This document shows positions 22,301 to 37,300 of a DNA stretch of 50,432 nt, piece by piece; position 1 is the stretch's first letter; each line of letters begins with the position of its first letter. The translations under genes and the position numbers were made by a program. Origin of the DNA: Callorhinchus milii (Eukaryota); NCBI RefSeq assembly GCF_018977255.1, contig NW_024705375.1, forward strand, positions 1 to 50,432. The letters run 5' to 3'. The notes beneath the pieces were generated by a model that saw only the letters and a program-made list of their open reading frames with translations, searched no databases and was not told the origin of the DNA.

Positions 22301-25300
22301 ATTTTACTCTGACCGAAATTTCACGCATGGGACGACAACAGGTGATCCGGCGCTCACCAAAGACACGAAGTAAGCATTCTCATCGGGGAACTTGAAGAAC
22401 TTTTGCAACGTCCCAGAGATTGATGTCGAGTGTGCTTGCGTGTGCTTGACATTAGGTGAGCACTAAATCTAAGACGCTAACAAATGGAGCGCTGGTGACC
22501 CCCGTCGGAACGAAGATATCCCTCTAAGGCGCTGTCCAGTTCCCACGCTCATTGAGACGCCTAAACGCTTATGGACTATCTGCACTGCTAACGGAGCACT
22601 TGTTCATGGGACAAGCACGCTGGTTGAAGAAAAGACATAGGGAAATATCTAAGCGTTGCAGTATCGCGCCAGTGCAGTATCATGACCCCGCTGAAAGGCT
22701 TATTATATAGGTCTGAGGATGCGATAGCTGCCTCATGCGCTGACTAAAGTATGAAGCCAGTACAACATGATCAAACGGCACAGTCGACAACTGGGTTGTA
22801 TGACACGCGTTCGGCCTGCAGAGATATAGATCCCACCCACCGCTAGGCTGCAGTCACTGCACGGAACCAACTTGGTACAGTGACGTTGTCGTTTGCGATT
22901 CACTAGGGCTATAAGCTTATAGCCTAGTTAGACCGCGAAGGTCGGCAGGTGTCAAAATAACTGGTGCAAGGACGATCTACGCTACCTAAGGAGCGTCGTA
23001 CCGGTTGGACGAAGGAAAGCCGGCCTTCGCTACAGTAGATAGATCTCCCACCCATGCTAAACTCTACCCAGAAGTGTATTACTAGGTCGTCGGCCGTGGT
23101 TGAGGGCCGCATTGCTGCGATATTAAGGCGCATATAAGTGTCAATTCGTCACTGTTTTACCAGCGAGTATAGGGCAGATCTATGGACATTCGAGAGCAGC
23201 GTTATTAAAATATTGCGTAGATGCGCTCTGTGGTGGTAGAGTTGAGACGAGTCGAGAGATAAGGTTGACGTTAGTTTGATTAGCTTATTTCAAAGGAGCA
23301 ATAGCAGATACTCGTAATTTGAATAACAGAGTCTAACCCTTAGCGACTCAATACAACTACCGAGTACAGCACTTGGCTTACCATGTTACTGGCCCAGGGT
23401 TAATTCAGTGGGCAGTACTTAGACATATATGTGGCGGGGCGTTCTTTAGGTATCCGTTTAGCTCAGCCTTTGAGCAAATCGCAAATAATAGCTACGCGGT
23501 AAACTCAATAGTCGCTTCATTGGTTAGCAGCCCACTTGGCTATGAAATCGAAGCCCCGTTCACTTAAGAGTCCTCCGCGGATTTTAAGTTTGCAGCATAT
23601 CGGAGCACCAGCGAAAAGGTGCGGCTTAAGACACCCCTTAAATATGCTTTGAGAAACATAAACACCCTAACGACCCGAAACCACGTACAGATTTTCCGGT
23701 GCCCTCAGGGACCAAAGTTTTCACTGCCACCGGGTATACACGCTCTCTATTCATTGTGCCAGCATAAGCCACGGAAAATAAAGATAATTAGCTGGACCAA
23801 GTAGTATTCCAACAGAATAGAGGATTACCACGACGATGTGCTACCATTTAACGTTAAGACATCGAACGATGCCTATTTAAACAATTCCTCACAAACCGCA
23901 AGGTTTATTCCCGCCTTCAAGTGGCCGAAATCCCTAATGGACTATCTCGGCGTCGCACAAGCCCGATAAAATGGACCCCGCGTCTTCTGTCTGAATATAT
24001 CGAACGGAGAGAGCGCGGGGAGATTCCGGAATAGAATCTACTCTCGTTTCGTACGTCGTTAGTAAGCGCCGCTATTTAACGCTATCAACATTAGGGACAA
24101 CTGGGAGAGGTAGAATCTGCCTGCTCATAAAGTGTTTCCTACCCGGTTCGCATAGTGGACGTTGGTTTTCGACATGCCAGCACTATCCCGCATCGTAACT
24201 GTATCCCGGGTTATGCCTGTATACACTTAGTCGATAAGAGACTATTTTACTACTGCACCTGGTCAATCCGGGGCCCTCTCCCTACCAAACTCACCCCTCT
24301 TAGGATTGTGTATGCGCGTATTAAGACCACGTATTTCCACCGTGAGATCAAAATTAGTTGTGATCGGTAGAGCAACGCATGCCAATGCTGCTATGCCATG
24401 GATCCCCTGCCTGCTATGTCAGACTGCAGCAAGTGATGAATGTTTTGCGACAATTAGGGATGAGAGGCGTAATCAGTGTCCTCATAACGAACAACGGCGG
24501 AATTGCTTTATCGCCTTTGGGTATGATAACCTGCATTACTCTTATATCTTTCTCATCGTCGATGAGCCGCAAACTATGGCTTCGCGGAGGTTCCCCCTCC
24601 GATGTTGCAGGGGGTATGTAGTCACCTAAAGTGGACAGAGCGTTTGCGCCTAATAGCAGAAAGAGACCGAGTCGACAGCGACATGTACAGCCGTAGATGA
24701 CAGCGGAACCGTAGGCCAGCGACAAAGCCTGCTGACTAAGGACTCATGTACGATGGCCCTTTCACGGCTACTTTCCTGTTAATTATTCTCTGGGTGCATC
24801 TCGATATGAGACCGGGCCGGACTAGCGAGCAGGAACACGATATTCACGAGGGAGACGCATTTCTAAGATCACTCTTAACGATGTAGCATTGTTCGCAGAG
24901 TGCAGTGTCCCACATAAATTTGATAACGCCAATTTGGGTCTCTGCCCAGTACCGGGTAGACGGCTCTACGGTACTGAGGTCCAAACAAGTGCTGTCTGAG
25001 TCATTTAATTAATGGCACGATCCTTCATGCCTCCTAGAGGGGCATGGGACCTAGCGAAGAGATATAATGTGCTATAATGGTAGGGACCATGCTTTTAGTG
25101 AGCTGAACGGCCGATACAATCACACCGGGGGACACTCCAGACGGAAACGGGTGCGTCCCTTGATCAAGACGACCATTGCTACGGCGTAAAGACCAACGGG
25201 ACTGGCTTACTACGCGAATCTACCGCACTCACCCCACCTCCAGCTGAACGGCAGTAAACAGTTCTAGGATTCGGTTCACACAGTTTCAGTCGTAAAACCG

Positions 25301-28300
25301 TCGAGAATAAGGATTTGCCTTAAAGACAAGTCTACTGTAAGATGGGGGTACTTCCAGACAATGGGGTCTTTACGAAGCAGACTTACTACTGATAATCTGA
25401 CTACTCCATTGTCTGCCCTTTCATCCTTCGACCAGCTAAGCAAGCTCGCGATCCTGCAGAGAAGGACGTGCAAACCACACCATTCGGGCGTTTCTCTATA
25501 GCGCTCGTCAGTCATTGCCAGGGAAGCGGGCATTAGAACGACTGATGTATTTTGTTGCGACATTTACTTAGCAGCTGAGTTTTCGGTTGGTCATATGGTG
25601 TGTGCGTCGCCATAGATTACCTACGCAGCGGTCGCGAAGGCCTCCAGTCAGCTAAGTAAGCAGTCCCGAAGCGTTTAAGGCGTATAATGTTTGAGCCTTA
25701 GTACTTGCTGGTCAAAATTGATATCCCCAGCGACCACTTTGTGTTATATCTGTAAACACGGTCTTCTGGTTACCGGTAACTCACTGACCAAGCCGAATGT
25801 TTAAAGTTTTGATGTATGTCAGGCGGTTGCAAAGAACCGGAAGTTCTCGATAGCCCTCTAAGATCTCGCTTGGATGTGGCATCACAGGGTTCTTCTGGAG
25901 GGATTCTCTGGTCAACGGACTGAATATCCCGTTCGAAGTAGACCCTCGGGTTGTGTACGAAAACCGGAGGATTGTTGTGATAAGTCGTACAGAGGATAGT
26001 CTAAGGCAAAGGAAACGTGGCTTTTGTAGAACATTGAGTTAGACCGCAACATATTACGGGGACAATCCCTTGATAGTTTGGGCTTCTCCGTACCGTCGAA
26101 AGGGCTACAAATGTATCCTTCATATTTCTCTGGAACATCAGAGCCAGGGTACATATATCGCTCATCGTGCCATTGTTGCGGGACTGCCCCTTAGATCGTC
26201 CAACTGTCAAGATACTGCGATGGTCTTTAACACCGACAGAAGACGCTCATTTAGGATAACAAGCCGACACATTCTGCCTGATACTAATGCGTGAGTCTGG
26301 ATAGGGCGCAGTATACGTGATTGTTCTTCCGGATTCTACTCGAACCAATCATTCGCATAGGCATGCACTGGTTATATTCTTGGGAAACACCTCTCACGAT
26401 GGAAGCATGTCCCGGGTAAACAGCATGTTCTAGCCGCACTATTAGCGATGCCCAAGAGTTAGCTTTCCATGATAGATTTTCGCCACTGGGATTGTCCGGC
26501 AGTGTTTGTAAGAGAACTGTAGTGGCTGCGGTAGGAAACTGGCAGACAATCTCAGCTGGGTGGGGGTGTATGTTGAATACAGAGGCCTTACGTACTTTGG
26601 AAACTCTCTAATTCTATACTGGCCAGATGGACTAGTTCGAATAATGAACACGCAGTATACTTGCTCGCACTGTTACTGTTTGGGTCTGGACCAATCGACA
26701 CCATTACCCCGAACGACCTGACCGTCTTTGGAGGGCTCTTATGAGTAGAGCCCTATGTCTATGAGTCCCTTGGCCTGGCAAACCGCGAAATCCCGATGGT
26801 AGAGCATAGAAATTTTCCATGGGGTCAAGGTCCCGCGAGCCAGTGTAATGGCCGACCACTTTCGAGACCGAAGAGTCAGAACGGAAATCTGCTGCACTTA
26901 AGCCTCGGACCGGCCCATGCATATAAGAAGCGAAATCCGCGGTTCGACCGGAACGCACAAATTCTAAAAATTTTGGGATCGTAGATAAATCTAGTCGTAT
27001 GCCTACGACTGGACCTGATGCGAGACGACACCCAGAGCAAGGACTCTCCAGAAATCACTAAAGCCATATCTATGTGCAACCTAAGAGGTGCACCGAAAAC
27101 CTGGGCCGGAAATACTTGTTGTGCTATTAAAACGTGTGCATCTGGCAATTCACACCTATATGCAGTCCCCAATTCTTTTGAGTTTACCGCCTTTAAGCAG
27201 GCCAGGTCATGAGCACCTAATATAGATCTGGCCTCTGGCTCCATGGATAGTCTACTATAAATTGCGCCGCTCGGTTAGGCCGTAGTGATAGTCCTGGGAC
27301 TACAGAGTCTCCTCAAGAGGAGAGATTAAATAAAAACCAAGGACACATTGACGTCCGGCATAATGGGTGAGGATCCAGGCAAGTATCATATGCACTATCG
27401 CCTCGACGGGCGCCGAATTTACTCAGCATTGGTAACCGGGGCCAGGATCTGCGCAGTTTGTAAGCAGCTTGTCAATACCGCCATTAGACTTTGATGTGAT
27501 ATTCCCTGAGTGGACTGAAAGGGTCTACTGACGTCGTACTAAGTTACGAGGGCGCTAGATTTGGTTAATTGTCTTATAGTGTCATGAGCGACAGTATGAA
27601 GTAAGAACTCAGTTCTCGTAGTGGCCCAGTTCCACGGCACAATACAAGACATCCTGAGTGCACAAAATGGATATGGTCAGACTCCTTTAAAACTCTGATT
27701 TCGGAAGAAACGTTTCCCTCACTGAGGGACAAGATATGTTTTCACTTTAAAGCGACAGATCTGGTCACAGACCGCATTTCTAGACTGAAATGGGAAATGC
27801 TCGCTATCGATATATCGCGATCACAACCAATTCAGCTTGGATTTCTGGGTCAATTGCGGCCAGTTGCATAGTATCTGTCGATGATACCTGCCAGTAGACC
27901 ATCAGCTGGTGAGAGGATAAGTCGCGGACCCGGTGTCAGCCACCGTTCACCGCAAAGATTCCATGGGCTTAGGATAGTTCGTGGGCTCCGCCGCGCTAAG
28001 CATTCCTGGCACGGTGAGGAGTAAGCGCTGGTTACCGTTTTACAGGCCTTTATTCTTTATATACCATTGAGCAGTACAGCTGATGGTGCTTGGCGGTTTT
28101 GCCGCACGCATGTTGCGAAGTCCCAAGAGGGTGCCTAACCGGACGTAGACTGCAACGATCCCTACAGGTGGTCAAGCACTCCTACCGAGCGGCACGTCTA
28201 GAACCAGTGCAGTTTGAATACACTTTGTGGAAAATTTCAACGGTGAGAGATGGGGGAATAGAGATTGACACCGTGGGGTAGAAATGGAAATGCCCTGACG

Positions 28301-31300
28301 CACTCCAGCCTGCATTGTCAAAGTGTGGTCAACATACAGATAGGCGGCGCGACGCAGGGGGATACTTTCAGGACTGACCCACCGGCTGCTATCTGCTTCG
28401 GCGCCAATTACGGAGCCCAGTTAATTCGATCGCATGAGTTGTTCTGGGTGAGTTGTACCAAAGTAAATAGTACCTATATGGTAGTTGGGCGAGACGGTTC
28501 TTATAACTCCGTCCGCGGTAGGCAATAGCTATGCCGCCGGCGGTACACCTAGTTTATTAATTCTATCCTTCCAGGATCGAGCTATAGATTGAGCCTCATC
28601 CAGCTCGCATAGGATAGTTGGCGGCTCAATAAGTTGAGGATAGATCGACTCGCTGCATACCCGGCTGAACGGCCACCGAGTCAGCTCTTCGTCAGGAGCC
28701 TCAACCCAGCGGTCGAGTCTTTTACGTTCACGTGTATGTTTTTAAGGTCAAGTCAAACCGGGATGCCGAGATGATGCCAAAAGCTGAGTATCTAGGCCCG
28801 GTCAAATATCGATGGATCATGCGGTGACTCTACACACATGGTTTCATGTGATGCAGGAGTCTCCGTGGGTATTACACCAGATGGACGAGGGTCTTAGCTA
28901 TACTACCTATTCAGAATTTATTTCAACAACCTGTTCAAAGGATCAACCGCACCCGTGGTACCCATGTCGGTATCCTTTCTGAAAGGGGGGCAGTGAGCTT
29001 CGGGGTAGTGCCGGAGACCCACGGTACGGCTCCGAGCAGCAAAAGTAGGTCCTGGGGTATAATTGCTGTCCTCACATAGCTTGGCCTTATTTATTATCCC
29101 CAGAGCGATGTTAGCGAACCATGTGACGAGGGATTGAGAATTCGATCGGAAAACTTTTAAAGGATTTTAATAGACCTTCTTATTCGCTCAGGAATTGCAA
29201 TGAGTCCCCAGTGGCGCCATTAGCGAAATGGCGAGGACCTGTAGAAAGTAGAAGGCAAATCCCCATTTCTGGATCGAAGTGGAGTGGGCGTCCGGGTGTC
29301 TCAAATAGATCACGATTTGTACTCGACCGCATGGCTAACACATATACGTTTACGTTGGAGCTCTTATGTATTAAACGGTTGGGTGTTATTGATAGCGTCC
29401 GAATGCTGCGGTCTGCTTAATTCTAACGCTCTAGTAGACAAAGAACCGTGGGGCTCCCCAGCATACTAGGATCTACGCACGCTTCCTCCAAGGGTAGGCG
29501 ATTTAAGAGACCCGACGACCAGACAGCTATGAGGACGCCGGCAACCCGTGCATGGGGATTGGTGGCGAGACGCACCTAGAAAAGAATCCACTGAAAATTC
29601 GAGGTACTATCTCTAATCGGCGTGGAGATAGTGTGAATAGGCCCCAGGGCCATTCCTGAGTTTCATTATCTCTAGGATAGGCCACATTTAGAGTACTGAA
29701 TTTTGATAATTTTGGCGGTCTCATCCTAAAAAACTGGAAGTTGCGGAATTCCTCTGCCATTAGCGCGCCGCCGGCCCCATTCCGTCCACGGGTGTGCTGG
29801 TCCCCCAGCACGGGGTGAAACAAACCTATGCGCCTTCTCGTTTAGTATTTATCAAGGCACGGACACCAGACGACAAGGCTTGGAATTTATTCACGGAGCA
29901 GTACATAATGTACCTTATAGTACATCACTTTTTTGTCTTGCGTATGGGAGCGTCAGTATATACACACGGGGACTAGAACTAGAACCTAAAATTCAACTTG
30001 GTTATACGAGGGGGTTCAGGTTATCTTCCTCCAAAAAGCATTAACGCGTGAGAAAGAACCGACGCATTGGGGTGCCTCCATTCGTACACTGAGGGAGGAT
30101 AACTGTTAATGCACGCAGACAAGATACCTGGACAGGAACGGAAAAGAGGGCGACCATCCGAAAAAATGACGGTATGGTATCTTCAGTAAGTTTCTGAAAA
30201 TGAGGCGAGAAAAGCGCTACCGTATAATCCGCTTGAAATCCGTAATTGTTCTCTTGTCCTGTATACGGAGGCGAAATGCTCTGCAATCATTATGAGTCCT
30301 TGAACTCGAACACTGGGCGGTGGAAGGCAAGACCTACCCTCAGAGGATCAGCAGACGATTTGCCCTAGGGCTCTGGGATAAGTGGGTAAATGCCGCGTAG
30401 GAAGAGCTGGTCGGTCGATGACTTACAGTCAATAAATATAGATAAAACCCCCTGATGTCTGCATATCCTGGTCATATATGTTCCCGAGTGTTTAATACCT
30501 AAGGAAGCGAGCCAAAAGGGCGAATATCTTGGACAAATCAAGATAAGCGTTGGTCTTAAATCGACTAACGGGGGGATGACAGGAAAGGATTGCTCGGTAG
30601 TCCAGCGATCAGCTGATAATAACTTCTTCCTTTGCCACGCGACATTTCCTCAGGAACCCGATGCGCCTGAGATAGTTTAGATCAAGCAGACCCCTGCCAT
30701 TAAATCTACTTAGACCTCACCGAAGCACCCCACGGACCGGAGCCGCGGTGGGATTCGAGATCCCGTCTTTATCGGAACGCTATACTGCGGTATTGGACTG
30801 CAACAAGTCCGCGCAGGTCTTTAAGGTGGAATCTAAAAACTGTTTATAGGACGCGCCCCTGGCATCGCTTAGGCTGCGCCGGGCCATAGCCAATGTGTAC
30901 AGATTAACGCATACTGAGATGTCGAGCGACTAAGGAGCGGGTCTATTCTTCCAGCAACATATGAGATTTGTAGTCAACCAGCCATCATTAGGACCACAAC
31001 GGGGTGGTATCAAACCGAAACATAAGAAAGCGCTTGAACCGTTTTATAGATAGTCAGCGAATCTTGCCGATACGCACCACGCCCTCTGAGAAAACCAACG
31101 GATTGCGGCCGACTTGACACCGTGTGGCGGGCCGGACGAGATCCGACCGGTGGGGCACATTGGCAGTTACATGCTTACTATTGCCATAGGCAAACAACGA
31201 AGAACTTCTTCTAGGGACGGTCTGATGGGCACCGAGTGTGTTTATTCGACCGCGCCTGGTCAATAAAAGCGCGACATTCGATCTATCGAGGGCCGGAATT

Positions 31301-34300
31301 GGTCGACAGCCTTTTTCAAAAACTCGGCTTCCGGGAGCAGTTTAGATATGTTGCGCAACATCGTTACCAGGTTGTATTGAAGGTCTGCAACTGTGAATAT
31401 AAGTTGTGCCTCATCGTTTTACTACCTCAAAGAACGCTGGTATGAGGAACGCAATCAAGGGGGTCTAAACTGCCCGTAGAACGCATGGGCTCATCGGTGG
31501 GATGAGTAGGTTATTGAGCGTGCGGGACCATCTCTAGAGAGTTGTTTGGGTACAATTGCCCGAGGGAATGCCTATGCCGCGTGAATCACTGCGCTAGGCT
31601 GGTTAAGAACGGCGCCCCTTCGAACCGAGGCGAGAACCCTAGGGGAGTCCTATGCATTCTACGCACATGAGCGGTAGCCTAAACTCTAGTTCACATTGTT
31701 CCAGTTTAAGTACCAGCCAATGACGATAGCCTGGTAAGTGGGTAGGTAAATGCAGCTCCATAGAAGGATATTTGCCCATAGCTGGTGGACAATTCGGTAG
31801 AGTCCCGCTAGACTCCGTGTATGACGCTAGTAAGAATTTGGTTCCGAGTCATCGTCGCTTGAAACTTGACTTCGAGCCAAGAAGTTCAAGTCCTCCGAAA
31901 AAATTACATACTCCTCGGCACCTTCCTTGGCCAATCAAGCGAGTTAAAGGTCTGAGAAAGCTGTTCTGGATTCGATTTAGAAAATATACGGCTTATTGTA
32001 CACAGCGGCGTCGTGATTTAACAAGTCTAGTGGCCTCAGATTGGCGCGGGCCAAACACATTCAATAGAAATGACACTTGATGGATCGGGATTCATCAGAG
32101 GCCCGGTCACCCATACTAGTCGGGTCTATGTCTCCCTCTCGCTCCGGAGGAAGAACTTCGGACTTCGTCAGAGATTCGTGTTTTGTCGTTTGGTGTCTCC
32201 CGGTCTCCTCGAACAAGCTGGGGAAAATATTTACTGCACCACATAGGAAGGGTTTGCGCTCAAGTGTTGTAGCGGGGGTAATAGTTTTTATCTATAAGCG
32301 GCAAGACTGAATGACTTTTAACTCTCGCGGTAAACATGAACCAATGATCTCACGGGAACGCAACTAGTATTAGCAAATGCAATCTGAAGCTTTGGGGCGC
32401 GCGAGTACCTACATGCTATAAGTCGGGTCTTTGTAGAGAGATGCGCACCCGAATCGCGCGAACGGCGTGATGTCGATTTAATAAATTTGCTTTTTACGTA
32501 GACCGGGTCGGAGGAGAAAGAAACTGGCAGATGAAGTACATATTGGTACAGAGGTGATGGGTGCCTGATTCTTAATATCGCAAGACAGGAAACCCAGGCG
32601 TTTCTGCGATGTTACGGTCATCCGTCTCGATACCTTAGCAACTTGACGAGTATCGGGCTTCCCTAGGCAAGCTGGTCGGATGATGCGTGAGAAGATGAAT
32701 GACCAGTTCATTCCTTCGGCATTATGACTAAATCTGATATTGAGTGCTTTAATGTGGCTATAGGGCCTGCCGCGGATAGACCTAATGCTGCGGCGTGTTT
32801 GATTGAACGCTCAGATCGGGAGTGCAAGGTTCGTGGACTAACGCGTTTCCCTCGTGCTCCCTCCTGCTCGGTAGAGCGTATTATCGCCACCCCCAGAGCG
32901 CTACCGTAGGCAGTACCCCACCAGGCCAAAGCTATAGTAAAAGCGCATAAGGCGATCAGGGCGATGTTCTAGTTCCATGCTCGCCTATAGTCTGGTGGTC
33001 TAAGGGCCAGATTAGATTCGAGGGTAAAGCTCGCGCAGAATAATACCATGTGAATGTCTGGCCTTAACTAATCAGAAGATCTGCGGGAAAATTGTTTAAA
33101 GTGACATCTATAGTGGCATGCCGGCAACCACGCAAAAACTAGATCTCTGAGTCCGTTGGCCGGTGGGGCGCGTTCTGTATGTAATTGCGCCCGGTTGGCC
33201 GTATCTGTAGAGGTGAGCCCAAGTGTGGTCTATTACTATATCGACCGTTGTCGTATATGAGACCGTGCCACCCTTATAATAAGGGCCTCAGGCCGGGTAG
33301 TCTTAAGACATTGGGGCTTATGGATTCTATGACTTCAGGAACCACCTGTGCCGAGCTTGGTAACATTCAAGACCTATTAACATGGGCCGTATTCTCCGAA
33401 AAGCTCAAGCCGCCGTGAGAAGCATCAAGATGGCGACGAACAGCGTCATAACAGCTGTTACCCACTACCCTTTACGAAACCTGAACGTTTTGGGAGATGC
33501 CTTCGGAGAATTAAGATTCCACACGGATCGGGTTCGACTATATGAGGTTTATGGTGGTCGAGAAAATCAACGTGACACGTAAAGATACCGTTTATGGCAC
33601 GCGTTTGCTACTAATAGTATGGGTCTTTTGTCCCAATGACCGTTAGACTCTAGAGAACGTAACTTGAGCTCATCGGTATTCCTTCGATGCCTGTCACGCC
33701 GCATTAAGGTAAGCACATAGAATCTAGTGCAAAGAACGCTATCCCGCGGGCACTATAACCTCGAATCAATTCGTCCGCATGCTCTGCCAGACGACGCGCA
33801 CCGTCGTTTGCAGTGGTCAGACCTGTTTTGCAGGCATACCCTTGCGGGTTGCACAGATTCCTGGCGAGAGTGATGATTTCCCCTCCCGATCTCCAAAAAA
33901 GATGGATTCAACGTCCTCATCGTCACGTTTAATCTACCCCCTGCTGTACGAACTGGATTCGTAACTTGTGCCTTAGGCAGCGAACCGGCTGGTACTTATT
34001 GACTCAGAGAAGACTCCTCCGGGCTAGAGGAGGGAACTGGGAAATCGTATCTAGATTAGATCTGGTGAGAGGCGCAGATATTATGCCCTGTTCTCCCTGC
34101 AAGGATCGGGTAGTGTCAGAATATTTCATTCCAGACGTTTATCCGATAACAGGTGTACGGCTCCTAAGCACAAAAGAATACAATGTCTTAACGTGGGTTA
34201 GAGGTACGCTGGGGACTCCGTTACTTGATTGGCCGACCCAGCTTCCACTTATCCGCGAGGCCCCGTTAAAAACAACGAGTTAGGAACGACCCCGTCTTTA

Positions 34301-37300
34301 GTATGACCACGGCCGGGAGCACGAAGCTAGCAACCTCTTAAACTGATAGATTTGGTGATGACTCGATTTCCCAAGAGCTAGACCACGTTGCCGTAAACCA
34401 CCAAAGAGCTGCGATGAGGGTGTAGTGAATTTAATGGAGGGCACAATGAACCATATCCAACAATTGAGGAAGGCGTCTTTTGCTTTTTGTCTCGGGGGGG
34501 CAATACTCTATCAGGAAGGACCAGTGATACGCGTAGTACAAGACCAGGGGCACTAGTTGTACATTGCTCATACGGCTTGTGCCCCTTCATTGACAAACGT
34601 GGGCTTGCGCGGACAGCAAGGACGAACCACGAGGACGTTTCCGCCCAAAGTATAGCTAAAAATAGAGAAGAAAATGTACTCCGACAAATCTTAAGGGGGT
34701 GGTAAACGGCTAGCATGCGGTAGTGACTCCGTTAACACAATGGTGGCTACGAGGACTGTATTGACAAGATATTCTCGTTGGACGGCGACCATTTGACTGG
34801 AACAGTCTCACCCGACCGACATTTTTACAAGCCTGATGATTACCGGAGCTCTGTCTGTCGAGAACTTGCTTAGGGGAATAGGTACACGCTTCAAAGCGAG
34901 TCTGTCAGCATTATATCTCCCAGCTCGGTGGAATGAAGGTGATCTATAAACGGGAAATGATATATTTGTCGTTGATGCGAAAGTGACGCTGAATACTAAT
35001 AGTGAAGATTTCCCCCCAATAGCTTGTTCCACGCCTAGAGTAAATCTTACGGCCGAGATAGATGATAGTAGAGACAAATCCGACGTATAATTTCCTCCAA
35101 ATCGATTTTACAGACCCGACGCAGAGGTAAGGGTAACTCTAACCTAAGCCAGAAAGGATGACCCTGCCATCCGTTGCAGTACGGTTCAGAGCCACGATCT
35201 GGGAGCGATTGACAGTGGTAATAGTATAGAAAAGGAGCTGGCAAGCTGTCACTGTAGTAAAGTGAAACATTGCCTTCTTCTCTCGTCGCCCATTTACGGA
35301 CGAAACGAAATTAGTGGGTGAGAGCTGCCCGCTCATACCGGCCCCCGGAATCAAGAAACTGGCTAAACAAGACTCAAGTTACGCGCCAACAATAAGCCAG
35401 GCCAGCAGAATATGTAAATTCAGATGCTTACGTCACCTGTAAAGGGCTCATAAAAGCTTATTGCAGAAACAAACTTAGTTCAACGCTACGCGCACTTAAA
35501 ATCATGGAAATCATAGGGTATGTAGGTTACGTTGCGTGAGCAGCGGAAAAGTGTCTATTAGCGGCCCATAGGTATTGATCCACGGATTAGCGCAACCGTC
35601 CATGGTGGCTTGAGGGATAGAGGTTGTATTAACAGTATGCCGACCTCAGCACGGTGGTCCACGTGGAGAAAGCTCGTAAGCCATTTTAGATTTCATGACC
35701 TTGAGCCAGTCATAAAGACACAGATAGGCAGCCGAATTCCCCTTATTAGTTCACACACGACTGAGCCTCTCAGTGATTTTTATATGCCACTAGCGCGATT
35801 TTGACTTGTTTTAGCCTGCGTTTCCGGGAGTATCATAGTCCTCAATCCGTTGTTGTGAAGCTAGCCCTAGAGTGACCGCAAGGAGCGCATGATACGGCCA
35901 GGAGACGAACCCAAGGCAAGCGCCAATGATAGCATACTTCCATGCCTCAGCAGTGGAACCGAGGTACTCTAGGCGTGCAGGACCGTTATTCGTCTTAATA
36001 AATATGCCAAACTGCCCAGTCGGATAGTACGATCACACGGTCACACCGAATATTACATGATTGGAAATAGTTAGAGTTGGGTGACCTGTGGTCCACAGTT
36101 CAGATTCACAATAATGTTTTCTTACTCGCTCTGGGGCTTCGAACACTAGCAATAGTGAGAATAATGATATGCGCTGCGTCGGAGGTGTCGGTACCGTCAA
36201 ATAATATCTCGGGAAAATTTTGATGCGTGTGGAGTCAGACAGTCGGGTACAAACCATACAATCAAACTATTAGAGTTTTCTGAAAAGGTTACTACAATGG
36301 ATGGTTAGCTTTTCTCCAAACTAACTCATGGTACCAGACGTTATTCACTGACTGTGAAGGACAGTTAAAGTGAAACTCGCCCGCTTATCTCTTTTATTTC
36401 TCTGTGGCGAGCTCGCACCGTTTCCAGCTTTGGCGGCTGAATGACTTAGCGAAACAGCGCGCGGCACAATCACGATTAATAGGTAATCACGAACGGCGGT
36501 ACCAGGGGGATCATAATCGACCCATACGTTCGTCCGAAAAGAACGGCCACTCGAGTCGCAAGAGCTACGAGCTATAACGTCACATAAGGTTATCACCTGT
36601 AGACTAATCGAGGATTAGCCGACTTCCACGACATGTGGCATATGCATCATATTCGAAGAACCTCTCCGATTATCTTAGAAGTCGGCGTATACCCTCCCGT
36701 GACTAAAGCCGTACTTCTACTTAAGAAACTTGCGGTCTCACGCTCTGAATCTAGCGAATTGGCCCGGCTTATCAGTGGTCATGACGAGTGATTCGCGATT
36801 GCACCCCGCTCGTTTGGGAAACGGGTCTTAAGTCTTGCAAGTCCAGTATATAATCCGATTTGTCACGGATCGGAAGACCTTAAAAATTATGTCCAATATC
36901 ACTACGACGCCCAACCCGTAGGGACATCTATCGTAGAAAGCCGCTGCCAAATATGCTCAATAGGAGCCCCGATAGATACCCTAGCACCATTAGGAACAGA
37001 TACCAAGCGTCGTTACCTGAAAAGCAACACCGTCGCCGGGTAACGCTCTGATCGGGGAGAGGGATATATCTCAGCCACTGTGACTATAATTTCACTCGAA
37101 TAAGCCTATAGCCCATGGTACAATACGTTCGTGGAGTGTTGTAGCTACTCGGCAATTACAGCGCTAGGTCGAGGAGGACATCATGATGTACTGCCAACGT
37201 ATCGGGCAAGTTACTTGCGTCCTCATAATGAATGGAATGCCAGATCCGTGATGTATATCGCAGTAGTCATAACTTTTCCCATTGTAGCGCACATATAGCT